Positions 1 to 9,392 of a DNA stretch of 64,000 bases are shown here, one piece after another. The DNA comes from an uncultured Verrucomicrobiae bacterium. GTDB lineage: Bacteria; Verrucomicrobiota; Verrucomicrobiia; Chthoniobacterales; UBA10450. The position numbers and the translations under genes were made by a program. The DNA lies in contig CAVTMK010000002.1 in NCBI GenBank assembly GCA_963735805.1, positions 64,001-128,000 on the forward strand. The letters run 5' to 3'. Within the stretch, counting starts at the first letter, position 1. The number at the start of each line of letters is the position of its first letter. The notes beneath the pieces are model-generated. The model saw only the letters and a list, made by a program, of their open reading frames with translations. It searched no databases and was not told the DNA's origin.

Positions 1-10
1 CGCCAAGATC

Positions 11-1234
11 ATGAAGGTCATGCGGGAGTCCGAGCTAAACCAACCACATCTACGACGGCTCGGAGATCAATTGGGAGCGATTTACACTCCAGTCGCAGTC
101 ACCATTGCGGTACTCGCGTGGGTCATCAGCGGCGAAGCCGTTCGCTTTCTCGCTGTACTCGTGATCGCCACACCCTGTCCGTTGCTGATTGCCATTCCGG
201 TTTCGATTATCGGCTCGATTTCTTTGGCCGCGCGACGTTCGATCATCATAAAAAATCCAGCGGTCCTTGAACAAATCACGAACTGTCGCACTGCAATCTT
301 CGATAAGACTGGAACACTCACGTACGGCGAGCCCAAGTTGACGGAACAATTTATCGCACCGGGTTTTGCACAGAAAGAAGTGCTTACGCTCGCGGCAAGT
401 CTTGAGTTGTATTCGAAACATCCGCTCGCTCGCGCCATTCTTGCCGCGGCGTCCTCCGAAGCGCTTCCGCTCCAGCAAGCGTCCCGGGTTAGCGAGCCTC
501 CCGGCCAGGGATTGCGAGGAACGGTCGGTGGTCATGAGGTTCAAATTACCAGCCGTGGCAAACTCATCACCGAAAAGGTACCGGGCTCCGAGCATCTTCC
601 ACCGATCGTTGGTGGACTGGAATGCGTCATCGTAATCGATGGGCGATTCGCAGCGGCTTTTCGATTGCGGGACGCGCCCCGCGCAGAAGGGCGTTCCTTT
701 ATTATGCACCTGGGACCGAAACATCAGTTCCAACGTGTCATGATCCTCTCCGGCGATCGGGAATCGGAAGTGCGTTATCTCGCGGAAGAGGTTGGTATCA
801 GCGAAATTCATGCGGAGCAAAGTCCGGAACAGAAGCTTACAATCGTTAGACAGGAAACTGCCCGCGCGAAGACCCTATATGTCGGCGATGGCATTAACGA
901 TGCGCCGGCAATGATGGCGGCTACGGTAGGAATGGCAATCGGGCAGAACAGCGATGTGACCGCAGAAGCCGCTGACGTTGTGGCAATGGAAAATTCGCTG
1001 AAGAAAGTGGATGAATTCATGCACATCAGCCGCAGGATGCGTTCTATTGCTTTGCAAAGCGCCGTCGGTGGAATGTTGTTAAGCTTTGGTGGTATGATGT
1101 TCGCCGCCGCAGGGTTTCTGACTCCGGTAGCTGGAGCTATCAGCCAGGAAATTATCGATGTGCTGGCGGTGCTGAATGCGCTGCGAGGTGCTTTCCCGCC
1201 AAAACTGATTTCGGATATCACAGAGGGCTCTTAG
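11..1234 (+). CDS. Heavy-metal P1B-type ATPase (5'-truncated by window), P1B-5-like
   Basis: TPCP transmembrane motif, DKTGT phosphorylation site, [11 protein letters not shown]-terminal QEIID. Confidence 0.92.
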   Translation: MKVMRESELNQPHLRRLGDQLGAIYTPVAVTIAVLAWVISGEAVRFLAVLVIATPCPLLIAIPVSIIGSISLAARRSIIIKNPAVLEQITNCRTAIFDKTGTLTYGEPKLTEQFIAPGFAQKEVLTLAASLELYSKHPLARAILAAASSEALPLQQASRVSEPPGQGLRGTVGGHEVQITSRGKLITEKVPGSEHLPPIVGGLECVIVIDGRFAAAFRLRDAPRAEGRSFIMHLGPKHQFQRVMILSGDRESEVRYLAEEVGISEIHAEQSPEQKLTIVRQETARAKTLYVGDGINDAPAMMAATVGMAIGQNSDVTAEAADVVAMENSLKKVDEFMHISRRMRSIALQSAVGGMLLSFGGMMFAAAGFLTPVAGAISQEIIDVLAVLNALRGAFPPKLISDITEGS

Positions 1235-1374
1235 GAAGAATGGACCATACACTGCCGTGCCGCCTATCCGGGTCGATCATGCTAGATATTTCCCCTTCAG
1301 CCACAGGCTTTCATCGCGAGCTCGCCGCAATCGAGCGAGCAGTGCCAGAAGGCCGATCTGCAGGTTTCTGCTAT

Positions 1375-1458
1375 TTACGCACCGCGTAAACAGCGCTCCA
1401 TAATTAAGACGTATAGCCCCATCATCGCGGCTACGCCGAATGCAATTACGTATTCCAT
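1375..1458 (-). CDS. Putative 27-aa single-TM small protein (MEYVIAFGVAAMMGLYVLIMERCLRGA)
   Basis: Read by hand; GAGGTGGAG RBS overlapping the upstream stop codon; hydrophobic helix; below the ORF-track cutoff. Confidence 0.45.
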   Translation of the reverse strand: MEYVIAFGVAAMMGLYVLIMERCLRGA

Positions 1459-1468
1459 TTTCTCCACC

Positions 1469-1669
1469 TCACTTCTTGGTCTCCGCACAACCAGGGCAGG
1501 GATGCCCCCAGCGGTCGCATCGGCAGCCATGCTTCTTAGGATGACGGTCAACAATATTCTCCGTTGTGATCGGAACGTGACGCGCGTCCTTGGCCGGCGG
1601 CTTTACACGTGGAGCGACACAGCAGGCATTAAGGTATTCATCCATCGTTAGAACCAGATCCGTTTTCAT
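1469..1669 (-). CDS. Small Cys-rich protein (66 aa, C-terminal CRCDRWGHPCPGC)
   Basis: GAGGA RBS before ATG at 1669; six Cys in clusters. Confidence 0.55.
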   Translation of the reverse strand: MKTDLVLTMDEYLNACCVAPRVKPPAKDARHVPITTENIVDRHPKKHGCRCDRWGHPCPGCAETKK

Positions 1670-1869
1670 AACCGTTTCCTCTTTTCGATCAGAGACTACG
1701 GTCACGATGAGAAAAGCACTCCTCCTGGATTGGCTTTTGCTTTGCAAAAATTGCCCAGGCTTTGGACAAACCAAGTGAGTCTTCGCCGTGACTTGGCGGC
1801 GGGCAATGCTAGAGCAACGCGATAATCCGTTGGCGAGAAAAGATGCGGTGCGCAGCTGGTGGGCGCCGA

Positions 1870-3009
1870 CTAACTGGGCACCGCGGCGTGTCCTGATACG
1901 TTGAGACCTTCGTACGTTTCCTCAACGATATGATCCACCACGGCCTTCATATCATGCGTACGTTCGAACGCAGCAAGTTGTCGGTCTGCGCCGGTGCCTT
2001 CACGCATGATGCGTTCGATATGCGCCATCTCACGATGGGTCCCGAGCTCGTCTGCCTCGCTGGCAACAAATTCAAGCAACTCGTTCAGCAACCTGCGCTC
2101 TTCTACTTCCGCTTCCCTGCCGAAATCGATCAGTTTTCCGTTGATGCCGTAGCGCGCTGCGCGCCAACGGTTTTCATCCAGAAGGCGACGACGGTAAATC
2201 CGGAAGGTAGTGTTTTGCCAGAGCAATTTGAAAAGCTTGGCAATGACTGCCTGGATCAGCGCTGCAATCGCGAGCGTGTCATCCACCCGGGTCTGGGCAT
2301 CGCACACGCGCACCTCCAGCGTATCGAAAAATGGATGCAGCCGAATGTCCCACCAGATTTTTTTCGCGTTGTCGACGCAGCCGGTCTTAACCAGCAGCTT
2401 GCAGTAGTCTTCATACTCCGACAGCGACTCGAATGCGTCGGGAATGCCGGTGCGCGGAAAACGCTCGAACACTTTGAGGCGATAACCTTTCAGCCCGGTA
2501 TCGTGCCCTATCCAAAACGGAGAGTTGACTGAAAGCGCGTAAATATGCGGCAAGAAATAGCGTGCTTGATTCATCACATGGATGGCGCTTTCGCGATCAG
2601 GCACTCCGACGTGAACGTGCAACCCAAAGATCAGATTTGCCCGTGCAAGCAATTGCATGTCTTCGATAATCTGCTTGTAACGTTCGCCCTCGGTGATGTG
2701 CTGATTGCGCCAATGCGAAAACGGATGCGTGCCAACTGACGCGATCTTTAATCCACTCCGACCGGCTAGCTCCGCCAGTCGGCTGCGCAATTCGATCACA
2801 TGCGCGCGCGCGCAATTGATGGAATCGCAAACCTCCGTGCCGAGTTCCACCACAGACTGGTGCATCTCGGGCTTGATCTGCTCTTTAAGGAGGATTTTTC
2901 CGCCTTCGAGAATTTCGTGAATATGCGACCGCAACTCACGCGTTTCCGGATCGATAATGGCGAACTCCTCTTCGATGCCGAGGGTGAATGTGTGCTCCTT
3001 CGCGCTCAT
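1870..3009 (-). CDS. Carboxylate-amine ligase (YbdK/GCS2 glutamate-cysteine ligase family)
   Basis: TLGIEEEF, GTHPF, FGLHVHVG, WWDIRLHP, LEVRVCD motifs. Confidence 0.92.
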   Translation of the reverse strand: MSAKEHTFTLGIEEEFAIIDPETRELRSHIHEILEGGKILLKEQIKPEMHQSVVELGTEVCDSINCARAHVIELRSRLAELAGRSGLKIASVGTHPFSHWRNQHITEGERYKQIIEDMQLLARANLIFGLHVHVGVPDRESAIHVMNQARYFLPHIYALSVNSPFWIGHDTGLKGYRLKVFERFPRTGIPDAFESLSEYEDYCKLLVKTGCVDNAKKIWWDIRLHPFFDTLEVRVCDAQTRVDDTLAIAALIQAVIAKLFKLLWQNTTFRIYRRRLLDENRWRAARYGINGKLIDFGREAEVEERRLLNELLEFVASEADELGTHREMAHIERIMREGTGADRQLAAFERTHDMKAVVDHIVEETYEGLNVSGHAAVPS

Positions 3010-3150
3010 TGAGGGGGGGCAAATCTCCGCCAAAAAGAGAGCGCTGTCATCCCGACCCGGTCACTTCGCGATGTTCCCTTGCAGAGATCGTCTTTTATAG
3101 CGCCGCAAGTTAGCTGAATCGGGCTGAGGAAGCGAAGTTGACTATAGCTC

Positions 3151-4116
3151 TTATGCGAGATCGCTAAGCGAGCGTTTCGTCACCGCAGCTTGCAGGAACT
3201 TGCCCCAGCTTAAGTTGTCGCGGCCTGAAACGTGTTCGCGCGCTTTACGGATCGCCATTTCCGAAACGGCTTCGACGACCCATTCAAAATTTGCCTGGCC
3301 TACCGATGCTGCTTCTGCATCTGGCGCAGGGTTACAAAAATCTATTGCCAGTGGCAGGCCGTCGCGCACGGCGAACTCCACGGTGTTCAAGTCGTAGCCA
3401 AGAAATTGATTCAACCGCAAAACACCTTCCTCAACTTTCTGTAGAACCTCTTTCGGCGTCTGCCACTCAGTTTGATATCTCAGGTGATAAGGATGACGCG
3501 GTTCATACGGCATGATCCGCACGTGGCGTTGATCGATCGAGTAACACCGGAAATACATTTCGAACTTTACCTCCTCTTGTAACATCATTACCAGTTGGCC
3601 GGTTTCGCTGTAGGCGCGGTAAAATTCGTCCGGATTGTGTAATCGGTAAACGTTCTTCCAGCCGCCGCCTGCGAATGGTTTGAAGAACGCAGGCCAGCCG
3701 ACGTAACTGAAAATGGCTTCCCAATTCAGCGGATACCCAAGATTGCGAAATGATTTATCGTTTGTGTCCGCCGGGGGTTGGTTGGACGGAAGTAACACGG
3801 TTCGCGGTACGGCGACGCCGATCTTTGTCGCTAGCGCGTTGTTGAAGAATTTTTCGTCCGCGCTCCACCAGAAAGGATTATTTACCACCGCTGTACCAGT
3901 GAGCGCTGCGTTTTTGAGCCAAGCCCGATAGAACGGGACATCTTGCGAAATGCGATCGATCACCACGTCGTAACCGCAAGGCTCGCCTTGAATCACCTTG
4001 TCGATTCTGACGAATTCCGCGACGATGTCCTTGCCGCCGGTTTTTTGATTCACCCTCTCGACAAATGCCGGTGGAAAACTGTGTTCCTGGCCAAAAAGAA
4101 TTCCGATTTTTTTCAT
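3151..4116 (-). CDS. ATP-grasp (RimK-like) ligase
   Basis: VVNNPF..DEKF, WPAFFKP..GGGWKNV, MLQE, VEFAV...IDFCNP. Confidence 0.85.
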   Translation of the reverse strand: MKKIGILFGQEHSFPPAFVERVNQKTGGKDIVAEFVRIDKVIQGEPCGYDVVIDRISQDVPFYRAWLKNAALTGTAVVNNPFWWSADEKFFNNALATKIGVAVPRTVLLPSNQPPADTNDKSFRNLGYPLNWEAIFSYVGWPAFFKPFAGGGWKNVYRLHNPDEFYRAYSETGQLVMMLQEEVKFEMYFRCYSIDQRHVRIMPYEPRHPYHLRYQTEWQTPKEVLQKVEEGVLRLNQFLGYDLNTVEFAVRDGLPLAIDFCNPAPDAEAASVGQANFEWVVEAVSEMAIRKAREHVSGRDNLSWGKFLQAAVTKRSLSDLA

Positions 4117-4127
4117 AACTGGATGTG

Positions 4128-4170
4128 TGTCATTTCGAGTGAAGCCAAAGGCGGAAGTCGAGAAATCTCT
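4128..4170 (+). repeat. REP-like repeat (GTCATTYCGAGCGAAGTCGAGRAATCTCT family), interrupted copy
   Basis: tgtcatttcgagtgaagc...ggaagtcgagaaatctct matches the copy at 36708. Confidence 0.75.
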
Positions 4171-4175
4171 TACGC

Positions 4176-4477
4176 TTACATGTCTTGCAGTACGTCAGCG
4201 GCGAAATCAAGCCAACTCGGATTCATGCGATTGATGAGAGCGCTTTTTTGGCGCGTGACCATTTCTTTAGCTGTGATTCACGGGCAATCGCGTCGCGAAT
4301 ACTCCTATAATGCTCATATTAGATGAGCTTTTTGCATTGATAACGGGCCACGAAATTCGCCCAATCCTTTTTCGGTGTTTCCATGTTCGCCGCGACAGGC
4401 TATTTGTGACGCCGATATATAAACCGGAATCGTTCGGTTAGTGACAATGTAACCCAGAAATCGTAATCGCGTGGCAT
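4176..4477 (-). pseudogene. GIY-YIG nuclease pseudogene
   Basis: Fragments MPRDYDFWV / YIGVTNSLSRRTWKHR / ARYQCKKLI*YEHYRSIRDAIARESQLKKWSRAKK / LINRMNPSWLD in different frames, one in-frame TAA. Confidence 0.85.
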
Positions 4478-4495
4478 CGCTGAAGATAAACAATT

Positions 4496-4524
4496 AGAGA
4501 TGTCTCAACTTTGATCGACATGAC
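4496..4524 (-). repeat. REP-like repeat, inverted copy
   Basis: agagatgtctcaactttgatcgacatgac closely matches 36765-36794. Confidence 0.75.
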
Positions 4525-4583
4525 GAGAAGGAAAACCCAGAGCGTGAGTTTGAATCCGCATCGCGCAAGAATAGCTTAAGCCT

Positions 4584-4967
4584 ATGGTCAAGAAATTGCT
4601 GCATACGCGCTATCGCGTCCACGACCTGGAGAAAACGGTTTCGTTCTACAAGGAGGTGCTGGGACTCGAGGAACTTCGCCGGCACACGTCCGGTCGCGGG
4701 TCGCAGCTTGTGTTTTTAAAGGCGCCCCATGGCGATGTGGAGATCGAGATTTGTAAATTTGACGAGAGCGGCCCGGTAACAGTTGGTCCCGATCTTACCC
4801 ATCTCGCATTTGAAGTCGACGATCTGGAAACGTTTGCCAAGCACGCGGAGGCAAAAGGTTACCCGCTGTCCGATGGACCTCATTCGAGCGGCACCGGTAA
4901 AATTGCATTCATCGACGCTCCGGAAGGCTACGAGATCGAATTGATCGAGCACGGGCGAAAATCATAG
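4584..4967 (+). CDS. VOC family protein / lactoylglutathione lyase-like
   Basis: LLHTRYRV.DL, FY..VLG, HLAFEVDD, FIDAPEGYEIELIE. Confidence 0.88.
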   Translation: MVKKLLHTRYRVHDLEKTVSFYKEVLGLEELRRHTSGRGSQLVFLKAPHGDVEIEICKFDESGPVTVGPDLTHLAFEVDDLETFAKHAEAKGYPLSDGPHSSGTGKIAFIDAPEGYEIELIEHGRKS

Positions 4968-5033
4968 ACACAAGACTAGCATTTGCGGTTCGGTGCTTGT
5001 GCCGGTAAAAGTTCTGTCACTAATTTCCAACCC

Positions 5034-6083
5034 ATGAAATTGTCGCGCAACTGGCTCTCGTTCCTTTGCGTTCTTATCCTGGCATCGGTTCCTAATGTAT
5101 GGGGCCAGGACGCCGCTGACTCCGACGCTGTACGACCGAGTGGAGTCTCAGGGCCAGTCCGCAAAGCGAAGACGGTTACAGATAAAGAGAAGGCGAACTC
5201 ATCCGATGGTGAACAGGACGCCGATGCCGAACCGAGTCCGACCCGCAAGGCAAAAGGCTCGAAATCGACCCATACCCGATCGCACCGGGCGCGGGTGAAA
5301 GCGAAAGAAACGTCGGAATCAATCGCTGCGCCGACCGATTACACGCCCGAGGGCATACCGAAGACCACCGCGGCGTCAGTGATTGTGGTAGATGCGAATA
5401 GCGGCAAAATCTTGTACGAAAAAAATGCGGACCAGTTCAGGGCCGCGGCAAGCACACAGAAACTGCTTACGGCGCTGATTGTGGCGGAGAGCGGCTTTCT
5501 TGATCGACAGGTCACAGTGCAACCGACAGATACAAACGCTGAGCCGGTGAAGTTGAACATCAAGGCGGGCGACACTTATCAGCGGATCGATCTTCTGCGC
5601 GCGTTACTGGTGAAAAGTCCTAATGATGTCGCTCGATGTCTGGCGCGAGATAATGCCGGCAGTATCGAAGCGTTTGCAGACGTCATGAATAGACGCGCCC
5701 AACAACTTGGAGCTGTGCACTCGCACTTTGTAAATCCGAACGGTTTGCCGATACCGGGCCAATATTCCACTGCACGCGACCTCTCGCTCATCGCGCGGGC
5801 TGCTTATGCAAATCCGACGATCCGGTCGATCGTTTGTCTACCGCAACTGGTTTTTCGATTCGCCAACGGCCGCACACGCGAGCTTGAAAACACCAACAGG
5901 CTTCTCAGGCGATTGCCGTACTGCAACGGGATGAAGACGGGTTACACCGAGGCTGCAGGCAAATGTTTAATCGCAAGCGGCACACGCCCGGGCAAGGATG
6001 TGATTGTTGTAGTCTTGGGCGACAGCTCAAGCCACGTGTGGCGCGATGCGTCCGCGCTACTCTCCTGGAGTCTCTGGTTGTAA
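5034..6083 (+). CDS. D-alanyl-D-alanine carboxypeptidase (peptidase S11)
   Basis: Signal peptide; STQK (SxxK), SPN (SxN), KTG motifs; F.NPNGL. Confidence 0.92.
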   Translation: MKLSRNWLSFLCVLILASVPNVWGQDAADSDAVRPSGVSGPVRKAKTVTDKEKANSSDGEQDADAEPSPTRKAKGSKSTHTRSHRARVKAKETSESIAAPTDYTPEGIPKTTAASVIVVDANSGKILYEKNADQFRAAASTQKLLTALIVAESGFLDRQVTVQPTDTNAEPVKLNIKAGDTYQRIDLLRALLVKSPNDVARCLARDNAGSIEAFADVMNRRAQQLGAVHSHFVNPNGLPIPGQYSTARDLSLIARAAYANPTIRSIVCLPQLVFRFANGRTRELENTNRLLRRLPYCNGMKTGYTEAAGKCLIASGTRPGKDVIVVVLGDSSSHVWRDASALLSWSLWL

Positions 6084-6117
6084 CGCTTCGACTGCGCCCG
6101 CTAGGTTTGCGTTTCCC

Positions 6118-6325
6118 TCAGTCCGCGAGACCGCCGCAGACGAGATGCTCAAACATGGCGCGCAGCCACCGAAAAAAAAATCGCTGCGCAACGGCAAAGG
6201 ACGTTTTCGATTTCCCGCGGACGTGCTCGCGAAAGGCGATCGAGACTTCACGTGCACGCGGCGTTCCTCCAGCGCGCACCATCGTTTTCGAAATCAATTT
6301 TTGAAACCGCTGGTTTGCGGCTCGA
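6118..6325 (-). pseudogene. C-terminal remnant of a GT2 glycosyltransferase (polyprenol-phosphate mannosyltransferase-like)
   Basis: TMVRAGGTPRAREVSIAFREHVRGKSKTSF resembles the E.PI.F..R..G.SKM tail of DPM1-like enzymes; no N-terminal part. Confidence 0.5.
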
Positions 6326-6386
6326 GTTCCAGTAACCGGGAACGACCGATGGCAAAGAAGCCGCACACCGAATCGGCAGTCCAAGG

Positions 6387-6462
6387 TGGAGCCGACGACG
6401 GGATTCGAACCCGTGACCTGCGGTTTACGAAACCGCTGCTCTACCAGCTGAGCTACGTCGGC
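6387..6462 (-). tRNA. tRNA-Thr(CGT)
   Basis: GCCGACGTAGCTCAGCTGGTAGAGCAGCGGTTTCGTAAACCGCAGGTCACGGGTTCGAATCCCGTCGTCGGCTCCA; cloverleaf, anticodon CGT, encoded CCA. Confidence 0.97.
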
Positions 6463-6513
6463 GTCGGCGGCGCAAACATTGCATCCCAATCCAGCATGAG
6501 CAAACCCACGGCC

Positions 6514-7437
6514 TCAGGGCAGAACGAACGTTTGGCCAATTTCGCGTAAGGCAATGCGTTCAGGAGTTTCGTTTAGAGCGGCCTGGAAGCGTTCGATCGG
6601 TTCCCGCGGTGGCTCGAAACTGAGACGGAACGTTTGGTGGTGCACCGGCATGATGAACCGCGCACCGGCTGCGGTTGCCATCGCCACTGCCTGTTCCGGC
6701 GAGCAGTGCGATTGGATCCAGGGATTGTACGCGCCTATCGACATGATCGCGAGATCGACGTCTCCATCGCGTCGTAGTTTTGCGAAGCTCTCCGTCATCG
6801 CGGTGTCGCCACCAAAAAGAATGCGCCGTCTCCCGCGATTATGGGATTCGATCAAATAGCCATTGTAACCGCGATGCATGTCCCGCTGGATTCGTGCTCC
6901 CCAATGTTTCACTTCAAAGGCGGTGAGGATGAGAGTGCCGGCAACCGTGTTAAGAGATTTCTGCTCGCCCCAGCGAAGCTCCGTGATGTCGCGGAGACGT
7001 GTCCATCTCAACAAGTCTGCCGTATTCGGAGCCGTTACTACGGCGGTGTTTTTGTCAAACCGGCGGAGGGTTCGCAAATCGAAATGATCGAAGTGCGCGT
7101 GGGATAGAAGAATGAGGTCAATTCGAGGCAGTTCATGAAATTGGAGCGCAGGCGCGGTCAATCGCTTCGGACCAATGGTAAATCCGGGCAGCCGAATCCC
7201 GATACGCGGGAAAAGCACCGGGTCGGTCAGAATTTTAATGCCGAAGAAATTGATGAGCACGGTGGCGTGACCGATCCAGGTCGCCGTCACCCGAGCATCA
7301 CTCCACTTCCAAGGCTCAGGCTTGGCGAAAGCGGGAGCGATTGGGCGCCAGCTTTCGATTGTCCATTCACGCCAAAGATGTGTCACCCAACGACGTACAC
7401 GCGCGCTGCGAAAACTTGGTTGGTCGGGTTGTTTCAT
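6514..7437 (-). CDS. MBL-fold metallo-hydrolase (NAPE-PLD/RomA-like)
   Basis: TWIGHAT, LTDP, SHAHFDHFD, FGGDT, IGAYNP, PVHH. Confidence 0.9.
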   Translation of the reverse strand: MKQPDQPSFRSARVRRWVTHLWREWTIESWRPIAPAFAKPEPWKWSDARVTATWIGHATVLINFFGIKILTDPVLFPRIGIRLPGFTIGPKRLTAPALQFHELPRIDLILLSHAHFDHFDLRTLRRFDKNTAVVTAPNTADLLRWTRLRDITELRWGEQKSLNTVAGTLILTAFEVKHWGARIQRDMHRGYNGYLIESHNRGRRRILFGGDTAMTESFAKLRRDGDVDLAIMSIGAYNPWIQSHCSPEQAVAMATAAGARFIMPVHHQTFRLSFEPPREPIERFQAALNETPERIALREIGQTFVLP

Positions 7438-7577
7438 TCAGCGGGCACACATGATTTGTGAAAGGGATGCGAAAAGGCATCGCACTCTGCAACACTTCGT
7501 GCGAAATGCATCGAGAGGCTGTTCTCTGGTTGGGAGGCTTCGAGGGAGGCCCGAGCGCGTCCTGGCGTGGTTTTTAA

Positions 7578-8456
7578 TTAGACTCTGCTGAATAGTCCTT
7601 TGAAGGCGTTCCAGAGAGTGCGGGTTGTTGCTGGCTTGCCGGCCCGAGCAACGAGTACCGGACAATTGGCGCGGTTCAAAATGCTCCGGGTAAGATCGCC
7701 CATGATATAGTGGCGAAACAACCCGCGCGCCTGCGAGGTGCCGGTCACGATCAAATCGTAATCGCCGGCGCGGACTTCTTCGAAGACCTGGTCGATTACA
7801 ATACCGTGCCTAAGGCGCACTTCAGCGGCAACACCAAAGCGTTCGAGCTGGGTTTTTTCAAGGCGCAGATTTGTTCCAAGCTCGGATTTCGATTCCAGCA
7901 ACTGATCAACGTTCTCCTCCAACTGTACGAGATCGACGTAGATAGCAGGCGGCTCGGCCATCACGTGGAGAAGCGTGACCGATGCGCCGACAGCGGCCGC
8001 AATTACGCCGGTAAGTTGCACGGCTTGTTCGATAAATTCCTTTCCGCCTGTGCAAACGAGAAAGCGTTTCAACTGTTTGCGTTGACCAATTGCCACCAAC
8101 ACTGGCGGCTGAATCGCTTTGATCACTTCGTATGTTCGTTCAGAGCGCCAGTAATGCCCAGTCGCTCCAGTCCATCGCGCGCCGACGACAACAAGATCGT
8201 AGCCAGTGTTTGACGTTTGATCGAGAATCTGGCGTACCGGTTCGCCTGAGCGCACCGCGATATCCGGGTGCGCATCCCGGTTCCGCAGGATTTGCGCCTG
8301 TCTTTCAAGCGTTTCGCGCAATGGGCGCTCATCGCTCGACTTTTCGGCGATACCAAGAAGAGTGATTTGAGCTCTTAACGGGCCGGCCAATAAGGCCGCC
8401 AGTTCGATCGCATTTTCGGAGGCCGGCATACCGTCGCTGCAAATCAAAATCTTCAT
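7578..8456 (-). CDS. Universal stress protein (tandem USP domains)
   Basis: KILICSDG, DLVVVG, PVLV repeated twice. Confidence 0.9.
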   Translation of the reverse strand: MKILICSDGMPASENAIELAALLAGPLRAQITLLGIAEKSSDERPLRETLERQAQILRNRDAHPDIAVRSGEPVRQILDQTSNTGYDLVVVGARWTGATGHYWRSERTYEVIKAIQPPVLVAIGQRKQLKRFLVCTGGKEFIEQAVQLTGVIAAAVGASVTLLHVMAEPPAIYVDLVQLEENVDQLLESKSELGTNLRLEKTQLERFGVAAEVRLRHGIVIDQVFEEVRAGDYDLIVTGTSQARGLFRHYIMGDLTRSILNRANCPVLVARAGKPATTRTLWNAFKGLFSRV

Positions 8457-8461
8457 TGCAT

Positions 8462-9388
8462 TTACAATTTATGTCCGCTGAACATTGTGTAGATGACAAT
8501 CACCGCGCCGATCAGCGGCAATGGAACGAAAGCGAGCCGAATCTTAGGACCGGCGAAGTATTGCGTTGAGATAGCGCCGATCTGCGCGCCAACGGCCGCG
8601 CCGGTGTGCATGACCAGCGCGATTAAGATGTCCACGTTGCCTTTCACTGCGTGACTAAAGGTGCCGTAACTGGCCGAGATGATGATTTCGAAAAGATCAG
8701 TGCCCACTGCGAGATGCGTGGGAACTCCGAGGACGTAGACCATGGACGGCATACGAATGTAACCGGCGCCGCCGCCGAGAAAGCCGCTGAATACTCCGCC
8801 GACAAAAGCGACCAAAAGAATTATCCAAAGTGAAATTTCCTTTATCCCGGACGCCGGGAGGGAAATCATGGGCCAAATCTTGAGGCGTTGAATCGCGCGC
8901 GTGACCGGACCGAATGCCGAATGATCCTTTTTTGATTTGGCTCCTTTTGCAGCGCCGCGCGACGATCGTCCCTTTGATGACGACAAGGTCTTTCGGCTTT
9001 CCCAGATCATGAAAGCCGAAATGCTCACGTAGACGACGATGGAGACAATGCTTACCACAAAATTGATATTCCCCGCGCGCTTCAGCATCTGAATCGCCTG
9101 AGCGCCGACTTCCGCGCCAACGATCGTTCCCATGGCCATGATCAGCCCGAGACGTAGATCGACGTTTCCCATGGCGCGGTGCCTTCTAACGGCTACCACT
9201 GACTTTCCGACGATATGCGCCAAATCGGTGCCAACTGCGAAATTCCAGTCCAACCCAGCCAGGCGCAGGGCCGGCCCTGCGATGAAACTTCCGCCGACTC
9301 CGAAGAAGCCGCCAAGAATACCGATAAGAAATCCGACCGTCACCAGATAGATAGGGCTGATGTGCGCGCCGGAAATTGGAAAAAACAT
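8462..9388 (-). CDS. Sulfite exporter TauE/SafE family membrane protein
   Basis: GGFFGVGG and GFLGGGAG repeats, AVGTDL twice, multiple TM helices. Confidence 0.9.
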   Translation of the reverse strand: MFFPISGAHISPIYLVTVGFLIGILGGFFGVGGSFIAGPALRLAGLDWNFAVGTDLAHIVGKSVVAVRRHRAMGNVDLRLGLIMAMGTIVGAEVGAQAIQMLKRAGNINFVVSIVSIVVYVSISAFMIWESRKTLSSSKGRSSRGAAKGAKSKKDHSAFGPVTRAIQRLKIWPMISLPASGIKEISLWIILLVAFVGGVFSGFLGGGAGYIRMPSMVYVLGVPTHLAVGTDLFEIIISASYGTFSHAVKGNVDILIALVMHTGAAVGAQIGAISTQYFAGPKIRLAFVPLPLIGAVIVIYTMFSGHKL

Positions 9389-9392
9389 AGGC

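Noticed and set aside
1743..1758. Sigma54-like TGGGCAATTTTTGCA upstream of the microprotein operon
   Set aside because: GG-to-GC spacing is 9 nt rather than the required 10
3943..4326. 127-aa plus-strand ORF
   Set aside because: Antisense to the ATP-grasp gene and the GIY-YIG pseudogene; includes translated repeat (VISSE...SREIS)
6046..6549. 167-aa plus-strand ORF
   Set aside because: Runs antisense through tRNA-Thr; shadow ORF
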